Shown here one piece after another: positions 29,100 through 37,933 of a stretch of 57,632 bases of DNA. Within the stretch, counting starts at the first letter, position 1; each line of letters starts with the position of its first letter. The notes beneath the pieces were generated by a model. It was not told where the DNA came from. It saw only the letters and a list, made by a program, of their open reading frames with translations, and made no database searches. The stretch comes from Pseudomonadota bacterium. GTDB lineage: Bacteria > Pseudomonadota > Alphaproteobacteria > Sphingomonadales > CAKZYD01. The stretch spans positions 1 through 57,632 of the forward strand of contig JBCCLR010000002.1 in NCBI GenBank assembly GCA_039026755.1, written 5' to 3'. The position numbers and the translations under genes were made by a program.

Positions 29100-29400
29100 G
29101 GCTATAGCACCACAAATTCTTCGACGACAGCACAGTTTAGGTGATTAAAACATAGCGCTTTGCGCGCGTCGGTGATGTATCGCCACATTTTTCTTTTATC
29201 CAAAACCGGAGCATTGCAGGCGGCTTTTTGAGAATGCGTATAAGAAACCTAACGAGACACCTCTTTATTGCAAGCAAATTCAAAAAACACCTCATGCGGG
29301 GCTACAGCCGATCAGACACGCGTGATGCCATCGATATTTAAGGCTAGATCATTCCCGAAAAAGGTCGCGCAGTGTTCGCTAAAGAGAAGATATCGCGTGC

Positions 29401-30342
29401 TTAATCAAAGCTGAAAATATGCCTTTTATAGTCCTCTAGAAGGGACGATGCGGATACTTTCTTAGCCATAGCTTGAATAGGCTGCGCAGGTGCCTGGTGG
29501 AGCAATTTGGTCTGCCCGTCATACTGTCCACTGGTTTTGACGCGTATCGCGGCGCGCTCAAGGTCAAAAAGCTCTGGCCGGGTGAGATAAACCGCGGCAA
29601 CAACATCATGTAAACAGCAGCCAAGCGCGCCATCGCGTTTGATGTAAAGCGCCTCATAGCCGCGAGAGATATCATAGAGAAATCTGGCCGCGCTGTGCCC
29701 CATTTCGGCCATCTGCGCGGCATCGGGCGCTGGTAAAATACAGTCCAGCGTCACATCAAGGCCGATCATGGTGACAGGCCAGTCTGCGGCACACACTCGC
29801 TCAGCTGCTTCGGGATCATAAAAAATATTGGCTTCGGCATGCGGGCGAATATTGCCACTGCGGTTTTGATTGCCAAACGCACCGCCCATACACACCACGC
29901 CAGCCACGTGGCAAGCAATGTCAGGCGCCTTTTGAAGGGCCATGGCAAGGTTGGTAAGCGGGCCAAGCGCAAGCAGCGTTATCGCGCCAGGGCTGGCACG
30001 CACCGCTGCAATAATGGCATCGCATGCAGGCACATCCATGGCCGGCAGCGCTTGTGTGGCGGCGAGATGCGTATCTCCAAACGCATCCGCCCCATGGACT
30101 TTTAATTGGGAAATGTGCCGCGGGCGAACGATTGGTTCTGCTGCGCCGACAAACACTGGAACATCTAATGTAAAGTGCGTGACAAGATAGGCGGCATTAC
30201 GAGCTGTGGTCAAAACGTCGCTATTGCCAAAGACCGTTGTCAGCGCCTCAATCTTAACCTCGGGGTGCGCCGCTAAATACAAAATGGCCATGGCATCATC
30301 AATGCCAGGGTCGGTATCTATAATCACACGCGTTTGTGTCAT
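29401..30342 (-). CDS. Nucleoside hydrolase (inosine/uridine-preferring IUNH family)
   Basis: N-terminal signature VIIDTDPGIDDAMAI. 313 aa. Confidence 0.9.
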   Translation of the reverse strand: MTQTRVIIDTDPGIDDAMAILYLAAHPEVKIEALTTVFGNSDVLTTARNAAYLVTHFTLDVPVFVGAAEPIVRPRHISQLKVHGADAFGDTHLAATQALPAMDVPACDAIIAAVRASPGAITLLALGPLTNLAMALQKAPDIACHVAGVVCMGGAFGNQNRSGNIRPHAEANIFYDPEAAERVCAADWPVTMIGLDVTLDCILPAPDAAQMAEMGHSAARFLYDISRGYEALYIKRDGALGCCLHDVVAAVYLTRPELFDLERAAIRVKTSGQYDGQTKLLHQAPAQPIQAMAKKVSASSLLEDYKRHIFSFD

Positions 30343-30348
30343 GCTGAG

Positions 30349-31614
30349 CTATACCTGACCAAAAACAGTGCTGAGAATACCGATAACACTGCCGGTCATA
30401 CAGCTTGTCAAAAATGCGGCAAACAGCGCTTTAATGCCAAGCGCTATAATGTCATCTTTGCGCTCTGGTGCCATCGCCGCAAGCGTTCCGATTAGAATAG
30501 CAACGCTGCCAAAGTTGCCAAAGCTGCCTAGCGCATATGTGGCAATATGGATGGATTTGTCAGACAAGGCATCTTCGGGAAGCGCAATGAGTTGGCTATA
30601 GGCAACCACTTCATTTGCCGCAACTTTCGCTCCTAAAAGGCCACCAAGCACCGTCAAGTCTGGCATTGGGACGCCCATTAGCCAACTAAAAGGAAGCAAC
30701 AGTGTGCCCAGCAACGTGCTGAGAGTGAGCGGCTGTGCTGCCGGCCAGAACAGCGCTAATAGCGTATCAACCAAATCGATGATCCCAATAAATACAATCA
30801 GCAGCGCAATCACATAAGCGGCAATTTTTACAGCGCCTATCGTTCCCTGCGTGACTGCATCGAGGCTATTTTTATATTGGCTAGAAAGCTGCACCTGCGG
30901 CAGCGTGGTATGTGATTGCCCGGGGATTATGATGCGCGCCATCGTGATGGCCATTGGCATGCTGATCAAAGTCGCGCTCAGCAGCTGGGCGAAAGCGCCA
31001 GGTATCCGTGCCGCGAGCAGACCACCAATTAAGATCATCGTCGAACCCCCAATCACAGACAAGCCATCCACCATGATGATGAAGAGTTCGCCGCGGGACA
31101 CTTTGGGCAACAACGGCCGCACCAAGAGTGGCGCTTCGACCATACCAAGAAAAATGCATGCAGACGTGGGCACGCCGACAGGCCCGCTGACCCCAAAGGC
31201 TTTGCCGAAAGCCCAGGCTGCACCGCGCACAATCCATCGCAAAATACCCCAGTGCCACAGTACTGCCGCCAGGGCACTCACCAAAAAAATCGCCGGCACC
31301 ACTTGCAATGCAAAAATGAACGTGGAGCGGGCTGGCGAGACTGCTTCAAACGGCTGCAGCCCACCCCCCAAATACCCAAAGACAAAGACAGCACCTGCTT
31401 GCGCAGACTGCTGAAGCCTGTCGACACCACGTGCAATATTGCCGATACCATTTACGACCGCAGGGACTTGCGTCAGCACAATCGCCAGCCCAATTTGCAT
31501 TACCAAACCGCCAAAGGCTTGGCGCAAATTGATGGCGCGGCGATTTTCAGACAACAGCCAGGCGAGTGCCAGAAAGACGCCAATGCCAAGTAGCGCTCTA
31601 GCGACTTCCCCCAT
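30349..31614 (-). CDS. nupC: NupC/CNT-family nucleoside transporter
   Basis: Polytopic protein with a CNT-like N-terminus (LLGIGVFLALAWLLSENRRAINLR). The ATG at 31614 is preferred because the palindromic operator lies inside the longer ORF-track version. Confidence 0.88.
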   Translation of the reverse strand: MGEVARALLGIGVFLALAWLLSENRRAINLRQAFGGLVMQIGLAIVLTQVPAVVNGIGNIARGVDRLQQSAQAGAVFVFGYLGGGLQPFEAVSPARSTFIFALQVVPAIFLVSALAAVLWHWGILRWIVRGAAWAFGKAFGVSGPVGVPTSACIFLGMVEAPLLVRPLLPKVSRGELFIIMVDGLSVIGGSTMILIGGLLAARIPGAFAQLLSATLISMPMAITMARIIIPGQSHTTLPQVQLSSQYKNSLDAVTQGTIGAVKIAAYVIALLIVFIGIIDLVDTLLALFWPAAQPLTLSTLLGTLLLPFSWLMGVPMPDLTVLGGLLGAKVAANEVVAYSQLIALPEDALSDKSIHIATYALGSFGNFGSVAILIGTLAAMAPERKDDIIALGIKALFAAFLTSCMTGSVIGILSTVFGQV

Positions 31615-31646
31615 CAACCAATCACCCTGCACATTTTCGATCTTAC

Positions 31647-31658
31647 TTAAACGTTTAA
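31647..31658. promoter_or_regulatory. LacI-type operator candidate, perfect palindrome TTAAACGTTTAA (upstream of nupC and the nucleoside hydrolase gene)
   Basis: Exact 12-mer, 33-44 nt upstream of the 31614 start. Confidence 0.7.
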
Positions 31659-31724
31659 TATCGAAGCGGATTGGCCAGCGCAAGCGATCTGCGGTGCATC
31701 ACCTCACACAGTTGCGCAATGGCA

Positions 31725-32732
31725 TCAGGACTGGGTTGCCGCAATCATCGAACTGCGCGTGACAATTTCCGTTTCAAGCGAGATCTTCTTTTTGCGGCCA
31801 GCTGGCTTTTGCATGCGTTCTAGCAGCAGTGATACTGCGGTTTGACCAAGATTTGGGATCGGCTGACGCAATGTCGTTAAAGCAGGCGTAACAAGATCGC
31901 TCCAAGGTGTATTATCAAATCCCGTGACGGAAATATCCTGCGGCACCGATTGTCCGAGCTGATCAAGATAACGCACGATCGCTATGGCAATCATATCATT
32001 GCCACCAATGATAACGCTCGCGTCAGTATTGGCCCGCAGTTTTGCTTGAGCCGCTTCGTTTAAAGTAAAAGCAAAAGGTGTCTGTACGGTCCAAACCACG
32101 CGGCCACCACCTTTTAAGCCCGCTTTAAAGCCAGCAAGGCGGTCTTGAACACTTTCTATGTGCTTTGGCCCTGAGATAAAGCCAATTTTGGTGTGGCCTT
32201 GTTGCAGCACACACTGCGCCAGCCGTTTGCCACCTTGAAAATAGTCTGAGCTGACACAATCATACCCATGCATCTGCCTGTCTATGACGACGACAGGAAG
32301 CGTTTTTTTAGCTTGTTTCATGGTGTTGACGTCCGTTGCTGGACACCATATCAAACCGTCGATGCCGTGCTGCATCAGTGTATTCAATCCAGCAAGTTCA
32401 TCGGCTGTAGAATCTTGCGAATTAATCAGAAAAACTGCGTAGCCTGCTTTTGCCGCAGCGCGTTCAATCGCTAAAACCAATTCCGGAAAAAATGGGTTTG
32501 TAAGGTCTGGCAGGATCAGTCCAATCGTGTTGGTGCGGCCCGTGCGCATGGCGCGGCCGGCGATATTATGGCGATAGCCCAGCCGCTGCATGGTCTCGAC
32601 AATGCGTTTTCGAACATCTTCACCAACCGAGCCAGTGCCATTTATGGTGTAGGAAACCGCGGCAATGGAAACACCAGCCTCTTTTGCCACATCTTTGATG
32701 GTGATGCGTTTTTGTATCGGTGGCTTTACCAT
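31725..32732 (-). CDS. LacI-family transcriptional regulator
   Basis: N-terminal HTH (ITIKDVAKEAGVSIAAVSYTING) and a periplasmic-binding-protein-like core. Confidence 0.9.
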   Translation of the reverse strand: MVKPPIQKRITIKDVAKEAGVSIAAVSYTINGTGSVGEDVRKRIVETMQRLGYRHNIAGRAMRTGRTNTIGLILPDLTNPFFPELVLAIERAAAKAGYAVFLINSQDSTADELAGLNTLMQHGIDGLIWCPATDVNTMKQAKKTLPVVVIDRQMHGYDCVSSDYFQGGKRLAQCVLQQGHTKIGFISGPKHIESVQDRLAGFKAGLKGGGRVVWTVQTPFAFTLNEAAQAKLRANTDASVIIGGNDMIAIAIVRYLDQLGQSVPQDISVTGFDNTPWSDLVTPALTTLRQPIPNLGQTAVSLLLERMQKPAGRKKKISLETEIVTRSSMIAATQS

Positions 32733-32833
32733 TCACAAAATTTCCGCTGCCTGGACGCGGAATCCATGCTCTCGTCCACTAGCGTTCTAAGAGATTAGCG
32801 CAGCAAAGAAAACCAGCAGTGTACCGAAGGACG

Positions 32834-33700
32834 TTAAAGCCGCGACTTGAGCATTGCATGGGCTGCCATTTCACCGGCAGCAACTGCACCTTTGATGTCA
32901 TTTGCCCCGCTAAGCAGAGCCCCAAGGGTGGCGCCTGCAAATGTATCACCAGCACCGGTGGTATCTTCAGATGCAAGCGGCTGAACCGCGATTTCCTCAA
33001 ATCCATCTTTTGCTTCGATCAAAATTCCGTCCGCGCCGCGTGTTTCGATCACAGTACATTTTCGTAAACCTTGTTTGTGGATCGCCGCATTTACAAAACT
33101 GCGCTCACTGGCGTTGCAAAATATGATATCTGCGCGCTCACCAAGCTTTTCCTGCAGTGCGCTGGGAAAACACTTTTCATCCCTTTTTGCAATCCAAGCG
33201 ACAAATGCACTGGCCTTTGTATGTGCCAACACATCAAGCGTTTGTTGCGGCGGGCCGGCGGTTATACAGACGAGATCCGCTTGTTCTACGGTCTCAACCT
33301 GAGCGGCAGAAAGACCTACGGTTTCACCAGTTTCACCATTATCAATGAGGCACCCTTGGCTGCCATCTTGCTGATAAATCAAAAAGCATGACGGGGTGGC
33401 CTTATTCTTTAAGACTTGAACCGCATGTGTGCGCAAACCATGCCCCTGACAGTGCTGCAAGTAACGCTGGCCGGCGGGATCATCGCCTAACCAAATCAAT
33501 GGATATGTGGCAGTGGCATAGCGTGCCAACTGTAAAGATGTGTAGAGCGTTCCGCCGCCAGGCCGCGCCCACATTGTTTGATCAACGGGCTCAATATGGG
33601 CAATGTTGCGGCCATTAAATGGACCAGCTAAATTCAAGCAATAATCCAGCGTCGCATAGCCGCTAACCACCGCAGTCTCTAACATTTTCACTGCCGGCAT
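32834..33700 (-). CDS. PfkB-family carbohydrate/nucleoside kinase
   Basis: C-terminal ATP-site signature DTTGAGDTFAGA. Confidence 0.85.
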   Translation of the reverse strand: MPAVKMLETAVVSGYATLDYCLNLAGPFNGRNIAHIEPVDQTMWARPGGGTLYTSLQLARYATATYPLIWLGDDPAGQRYLQHCQGHGLRTHAVQVLKNKATPSCFLIYQQDGSQGCLIDNGETGETVGLSAAQVETVEQADLVCITAGPPQQTLDVLAHTKASAFVAWIAKRDEKCFPSALQEKLGERADIIFCNASERSFVNAAIHKQGLRKCTVIETRGADGILIEAKDGFEEIAVQPLASEDTTGAGDTFAGATLGALLSGANDIKGAVAAGEMAAHAMLKSRL

Positions 33701-33734
33701 TGGTATTTAAACCTAAGCTTAAGTTGCTGTTGCA

Positions 33735-34766
33735 CTAGTTGGGTTGCCTGCACCAGTGTGATGCCATTGACCCGCAAATAGCAGCTTCAAGTTGTTCACT
33801 GCGGCGCTGGGAGATCGTGCGCTCTTGGTTTGTGTCTGCTGGGTTGCCGTCGCGCTGCTTTGCGCCGCGATACTCATAAAGATGCAGCGCGGCATTTAAG
33901 GACCCTGCAGCAGCGGCATAGGTATCTAAATTATCCGGCGTGTCATCGATGACCAGGATATGCGTGAAGGAGAGACCGGCAGTGCTCTCAAGCAAAAGCT
34001 TGAGCATAATCGCTTTGTTTTGACCAGCAAGCATCATTACACCTTGCGCGATAGAGATTTCGCGCGGCCGGCCGTCCAAAGATAAAGATGCAGACCTCAG
34101 TGCAATATCGATTTGCTGCGCAGAAATGCGGCCACGGCGCGGACACAGCGGCGGGCCACAATCCGGGAAGGAAGAAAAGTCGATACTGTGTCGGTCCAGT
34201 TCACGCAAGGTACTGCCGCGCGCTTGTGGACTGCGCGCGGTGACGGCAAGGACAGCAATGTCAGCACCTTGCAATTGCTCTACCAGCGCAGGCGCATTTG
34301 GCTGGGTCAGTGTCATTGTGCTCAGCTGAAACAGACTGATTTGGCGATCAACCAATCCAGCGAAGTCTCTTGCAATTGCATCGCCTTGTTGCGGCACGGA
34401 AAGTAGATCGCTTTGCCATTCAAACCAGGCATCGCTGCCCAAATATTGCGGCATGGTCAGCAGCGTATCATCAATATCAAACACCACGAGAACAGCGCTC
34501 GGGCCGTCTTGCTTGGCCAGCTGCAGAGCGCGGCCAGCAGGTTCTGCGAGATCCTTTGTTACCCGGCGCACGGCGACCGTGCCCGCCGGCCTTGCAGCTT
34601 GAAACGCGCTGTCATGTGCACATGCGCTTAAAGCCAATAGCTGCAAAATCCATATATGCGCGATCGGATGACCTGCAAGTCTGGTGCGGATGGGACGCTC
34701 ACGCAAAACCCTCAACACGCCGCTCAAGAGCGCCCAAGCCTGTTGTGAATAGTGGCTCCACTGCAT
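33735..34766 (-). CDS. HAD-superfamily phosphatase-like exported protein
   Basis: HAD motif I VVFDIDDTLL, motif II AVTARS, and motif IV ILVIDDTPDN. Lipobox-like LLALSAC. Confidence 0.5.
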   Translation of the reverse strand: MQWSHYSQQAWALLSGVLRVLRERPIRTRLAGHPIAHIWILQLLALSACAHDSAFQAARPAGTVAVRRVTKDLAEPAGRALQLAKQDGPSAVLVVFDIDDTLLTMPQYLGSDAWFEWQSDLLSVPQQGDAIARDFAGLVDRQISLFQLSTMTLTQPNAPALVEQLQGADIAVLAVTARSPQARGSTLRELDRHSIDFSSFPDCGPPLCPRRGRISAQQIDIALRSASLSLDGRPREISIAQGVMMLAGQNKAIMLKLLLESTAGLSFTHILVIDDTPDNLDTYAAAAGSLNAALHLYEYRGAKQRDGNPADTNQERTISQRRSEQLEAAICGSMASHWCRQPN

Positions 34767-34795
34767 AGTCGTTTCCTAAAAATCAGCACACACAA

Positions 34796-34807
34796 TTAAA
34801 CGTTTAA
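34796..34807. promoter_or_regulatory. LacI-type operator candidate, perfect TTAAACGTTTAA (upstream of the HAD phosphatase gene)
   Basis: Exact 12-mer, 30 nt upstream of the 34766 start. Confidence 0.7.
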
Positions 34808-34841
34808 TTTTTTGTTGACTAGGGGCTGAAACACACCTATT

Positions 34842-35897
34842 TCACTGCGCATCTGGGGCAGCGCCAGATAGCAACCCTGTCGCTCGAAATGGCGGTGCCG
34901 CGCCAAGGCTAACCTCCACCTTTGTTACATCGCGAACGCCGTAGCCCGGCCCGGCATCACCTGCTGCATTGAGGCGCCAAAGGTTTTCAGCCCCTTGCCC
35001 TGCCAAATGCTTGTCAAAGGTGAACGGCCCAGTATCACCATGGATCAATAATACCGGTTTTTTAAAGACCCGCGCATGCCCCCGCAGCGCTTTCCTAAAA
35101 CCAAGAAAAGCGTCACATGGCTGCTCCGCCTTAGCCGTCGCAGTGATGCAGTCACGCCCCTGGCCGCCGGCATTTATATTCGTTGGGTCGGCATGCATGA
35201 TGATGATAACGGCCGCCGCAGCTTCTTTTGCAGCACGTTCAAAGCCGTGCTTAAGCCACTCTAAATTGGCCGCTTGGCGTGCCATGATGAGGTCTGTAGC
35301 GCGCGTTAAATCATCGCCCCTAACCTCATCAAATCCATTATTTGTGCCGACGATATGTAGGGTGAGAAAGCGCACATTTTGATACGCCCAGCTGGCATTT
35401 TCGCGCTGGCGGTTTTGCTGCTCGGCCTCCAGCTCCGGCGGCGCTTTACTGGTATCAAACAGCATGTCTTCACGCACAAAATTAAGCCGTTCCAATTCAG
35501 AATAGGGGCGCTGTGTCAGCGGGTTTATGGCCCGGTCACAATCCGTCCATTCATTATCGCCAGGAGTATAAAACACCGCCTTTGGCGCAAGTGAGCGGAC
35601 GATGCGCCGCTGCTTGTCATCCAATGCGGATGAGCATACCTCGCCGCCTCCCTTGTAGTCACCCAAATGCACGGCAAAGGGCGCTTTGCTTAACCGCATA
35701 CGCGGCAGGGCCTGTTCTAGCATTGCATCATCTTGCGGCGAATAAGGCGTATCGCCGATGACGATGAAGCTGAATGAAACCCTCTCTTTTAAAGCGGGTT
35801 TCAAGGCCGTTTCAGCCGAGAGCATGTCCGTGCTGGGCTGCGCGCATGCAGCTATGACTGCACAGACCAAAACATGAAAGCACCGAGAGCATGACAT
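34842..35897 (-). CDS. Calcineurin-like metallophosphoesterase, probable lipoprotein
   Basis: Lipobox VIAAC. Metal-ligand motifs IVIGDTPY, HLGDYKGG, PGDNEWTDC, IIMHADP and LIHGDTG. Confidence 0.7.
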   Translation of the reverse strand: MSCSRCFHVLVCAVIAACAQPSTDMLSAETALKPALKERVSFSFIVIGDTPYSPQDDAMLEQALPRMRLSKAPFAVHLGDYKGGGEVCSSALDDKQRRIVRSLAPKAVFYTPGDNEWTDCDRAINPLTQRPYSELERLNFVREDMLFDTSKAPPELEAEQQNRQRENASWAYQNVRFLTLHIVGTNNGFDEVRGDDLTRATDLIMARQAANLEWLKHGFERAAKEAAAAVIIIMHADPTNINAGGQGRDCITATAKAEQPCDAFLGFRKALRGHARVFKKPVLLIHGDTGPFTFDKHLAGQGAENLWRLNAAGDAGPGYGVRDVTKVEVSLGAAPPFRATGLLSGAAPDAQ

Positions 35898-35952
35898 GCA
35901 CCCCTCTTATGCCAATCTCACCGTCTGTGCCAAGACGTTTATTCTGATTGAA

Positions 35953-35964
35953 TTAAACGTTTAA
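35953..35964. promoter_or_regulatory. LacI-type operator candidate, perfect TTAAACGTTTAA (divergent promoter between the metallophosphoesterase gene and the TrpF-like/deaminase pair)
   Basis: Exact 12-mer in the 110-nt divergent intergenic region. A half-site-like AAGACGTTTATT lies at 35932-35943. Confidence 0.7.
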
Positions 35965-36007
35965 GCTTATTAAGCTCGTCGGCGAACGCAACATCAACAA
36001 TTCGGTT

Positions 36008-36724
36008 ATGAAAACCTGCACTATGCCCGCGTACACGCCGCCAGAATTCATTACATTTACCGGTCTTGACACATCAAGCGCTCTTGCTGACGCCGAGGCG
36101 CTCTCGCAGATCTACCCCATTGAATGGGGCGTGCTTCTTGACCCCGCGCAGGTGGGCGCAAGCCTGTTTCCCAACCACACCATAGTTACAGCCATTCGCT
36201 CAAGCCCGCTACGCCTTTCCGCACATATCTGCGGCGCAGCAGCGCGCGATATCGCGCTTAATGGTGATGCGGATATTGACCTCGCTGGTTTTTCCCGGGC
36301 GCAGATTAATCATGGCGTTAAGGGCAGTGATGAAGCGCAAATTGAGAACTGCGCAGTCTTTGGCGCGCGCCGCGGCCTTCGCGCAGCGCTGCAGTGTCAA
36401 GGTGATTTTCCGCAAGACACGCGGGTCGATTGGTTGTTTGACGTGTCCTTTGGCGCAGGCATAGCCCCCGCACAATACCCCGCCATAAGCGCCGATAATC
36501 CGATTGTCGGTATATCTGGTGGGCTTGGCCCTGGGAATATTGCGGCGGTTTTACGCAGCCTGCAGGTTGCTCCAAATGCGCGTTACTGGATCGACATGGA
36601 ATCGCGCATTCGAACGAACGGCATGCTCGATCTAGGCAAATGCCGCGCGGTGTGTGAGGCAGTTTTTGGTGCCGGTGATCAGCCTCGCCAGCGCCTCGCT
36701 GCTACAGGTAAAATCGCGACATGA
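36008..36724 (+). CDS. Hypothetical TIM-barrel-like protein resembling phosphoribosylanthranilate isomerase (TrpF-like)
   Basis: The C-terminal segment VGISGGLGPGNIAAVL...YWIDMESRIRTNGMLDLGKCRAV resembles the TrpF phosphate-binding end. There is a 4-nt ATGA overlap with the deaminase gene. Confidence 0.4.
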   Translation: MKTCTMPAYTPPEFITFTGLDTSSALADAEALSQIYPIEWGVLLDPAQVGASLFPNHTIVTAIRSSPLRLSAHICGAAARDIALNGDADIDLAGFSRAQINHGVKGSDEAQIENCAVFGARRGLRAALQCQGDFPQDTRVDWLFDVSFGAGIAPAQYPAISADNPIVGISGGLGPGNIAAVLRSLQVAPNARYWIDMESRIRTNGMLDLGKCRAVCEAVFGAGDQPRQRLAATGKIAT

Positions 36725-37758
36725 GCGGCGACATGCATCGCATTAAAGACCTCGTACGCGCCTTGCCGAAAGTCGAGCTCCACCTGCATATCGAAGGCAG
36801 CTTAGAGCCCCAACACATGCTCGAGTTCGCTGCCCGCAATAGCGTGCAGCTGCCCTATTGCAGCGTCGCAGAAATTAAGCAGGCTTATCAATTTAACAAC
36901 CTGCAAGAGTTTCTCGATATCTACTACCAGGGCATGTCCGTGCTCTGCACCGAGCAGGATTTTCATGATCTTACCTATGCCTATATGCGGCGCGTACATG
37001 CAGACAATTGCCGCCATGTAGAGATCTTTTTCGACCCACAAGCCCACAAGGCGCGCGGCATTGCCTTTGGCGCCGTGATCAATGGCATCCTCTCAGGCCT
37101 GGCAGCGGGCGAACGCGACTTCGGCATTACAGCGCATTTGATCATGTCTTTTCTGCGCCATTTGAGCGAAGCATCGGCATTTGAAACACTTGAGCAAGCC
37201 ACGCCTTACCTGGACCGCCTGCTTGGTGTTGGCCTTGATTCGTCGGAACTCGGGCACCCACCCTGCAAGTTTAGACGGGTGTTTGCAAAGTGCCGTGATT
37301 TCGGTCTCAAAATCTTTGCGCATGCGGGTGAAGAGGGTCCGCCGGAGTATATCTATCAAGCACTTGATGAGCTTTGTATTGATCGCCTAGACCATGGCAA
37401 TCGCGCGCTAGAAGACCCCGCACTAACAAAGCGCCTAGCCCAGCAAGGCATTTGTTTAACAGTTTGCCCGCTCTCTAACGTTAAATTATGCGTCGTTGAC
37501 ACTATGGCTCAGCACCCGATCCGCCAAATGCTTGCGGCCGGTCTCAGAGCGACGGTCAATTCCGATGATCCGTCCTATTTCGGCGGCTATATCAATGATA
37601 ATTTTACAGCACTTGCGGACGCCGTTGCCTTAACGCATAGCGAGGTCGTACAGCTGAGCATGAACGCTGTTGACGGCTCCTTCTTGCCTGCTGCGCGCAA
37701 GGCGGAGTTGTTTGCTGAAATCAAGACTATCGCTGACGCCAGCTTAAATACGTGGTGA
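36721..37758 (+). CDS. Adenosine/adenine deaminase (amidohydrolase family)
   Basis: Motifs LPKVELHLHIEGSL, FAHAGEEG and VNSDDPSYFGGY. Confidence 0.9.
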   Translation: MSGDMHRIKDLVRALPKVELHLHIEGSLEPQHMLEFAARNSVQLPYCSVAEIKQAYQFNNLQEFLDIYYQGMSVLCTEQDFHDLTYAYMRRVHADNCRHVEIFFDPQAHKARGIAFGAVINGILSGLAAGERDFGITAHLIMSFLRHLSEASAFETLEQATPYLDRLLGVGLDSSELGHPPCKFRRVFAKCRDFGLKIFAHAGEEGPPEYIYQALDELCIDRLDHGNRALEDPALTKRLAQQGICLTVCPLSNVKLCVVDTMAQHPIRQMLAAGLRATVNSDDPSYFGGYINDNFTALADAVALTHSEVVQLSMNAVDGSFLPAARKAELFAEIKTIADASLNTW

Positions 37759-37818
37759 CCACGCTTCTTACAGAAATGCGATCGTTCATCACATATGGCA
37801 AATCGAGCACAAATTAAC

Positions 37819-37830
37819 TTAAAGGTTTAA
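37819..37830. promoter_or_regulatory. LacI-type operator candidate with one mismatch (TTAAAGGTTTAA)
   Basis: Upstream of the split TonB receptor. Confidence 0.45.
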
Positions 37831-37885
37831 GTTCTTCGATTTTCTCGCTTGAAAAAGCGGAAAAAACGCGACAATGTCATTTTAC

Positions 37886-37897
37886 TGAAACGTTTAA
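37886..37897. promoter_or_regulatory. LacI-type operator candidate with one mismatch (TGAAACGTTTAA)
   Basis: About 40 nt upstream of the split TonB receptor start. Confidence 0.55.
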
Positions 37898-37933
37898 GCT
37901 AAATAGAATATATAAACGAAACCAGGGGTGCAT

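Noticed and set aside
29100-29400. Looked for a Fur box, Irr ICE or RirA box upstream of the first ECF sigma gene
   Set aside because: The best Fur-like match (GAGAATGCGTATAAGAAAC) reaches only about 11 of 19 positions, and the ICE-like TTTAGGT..TAAAACA is poor. Neither is strong enough to report.
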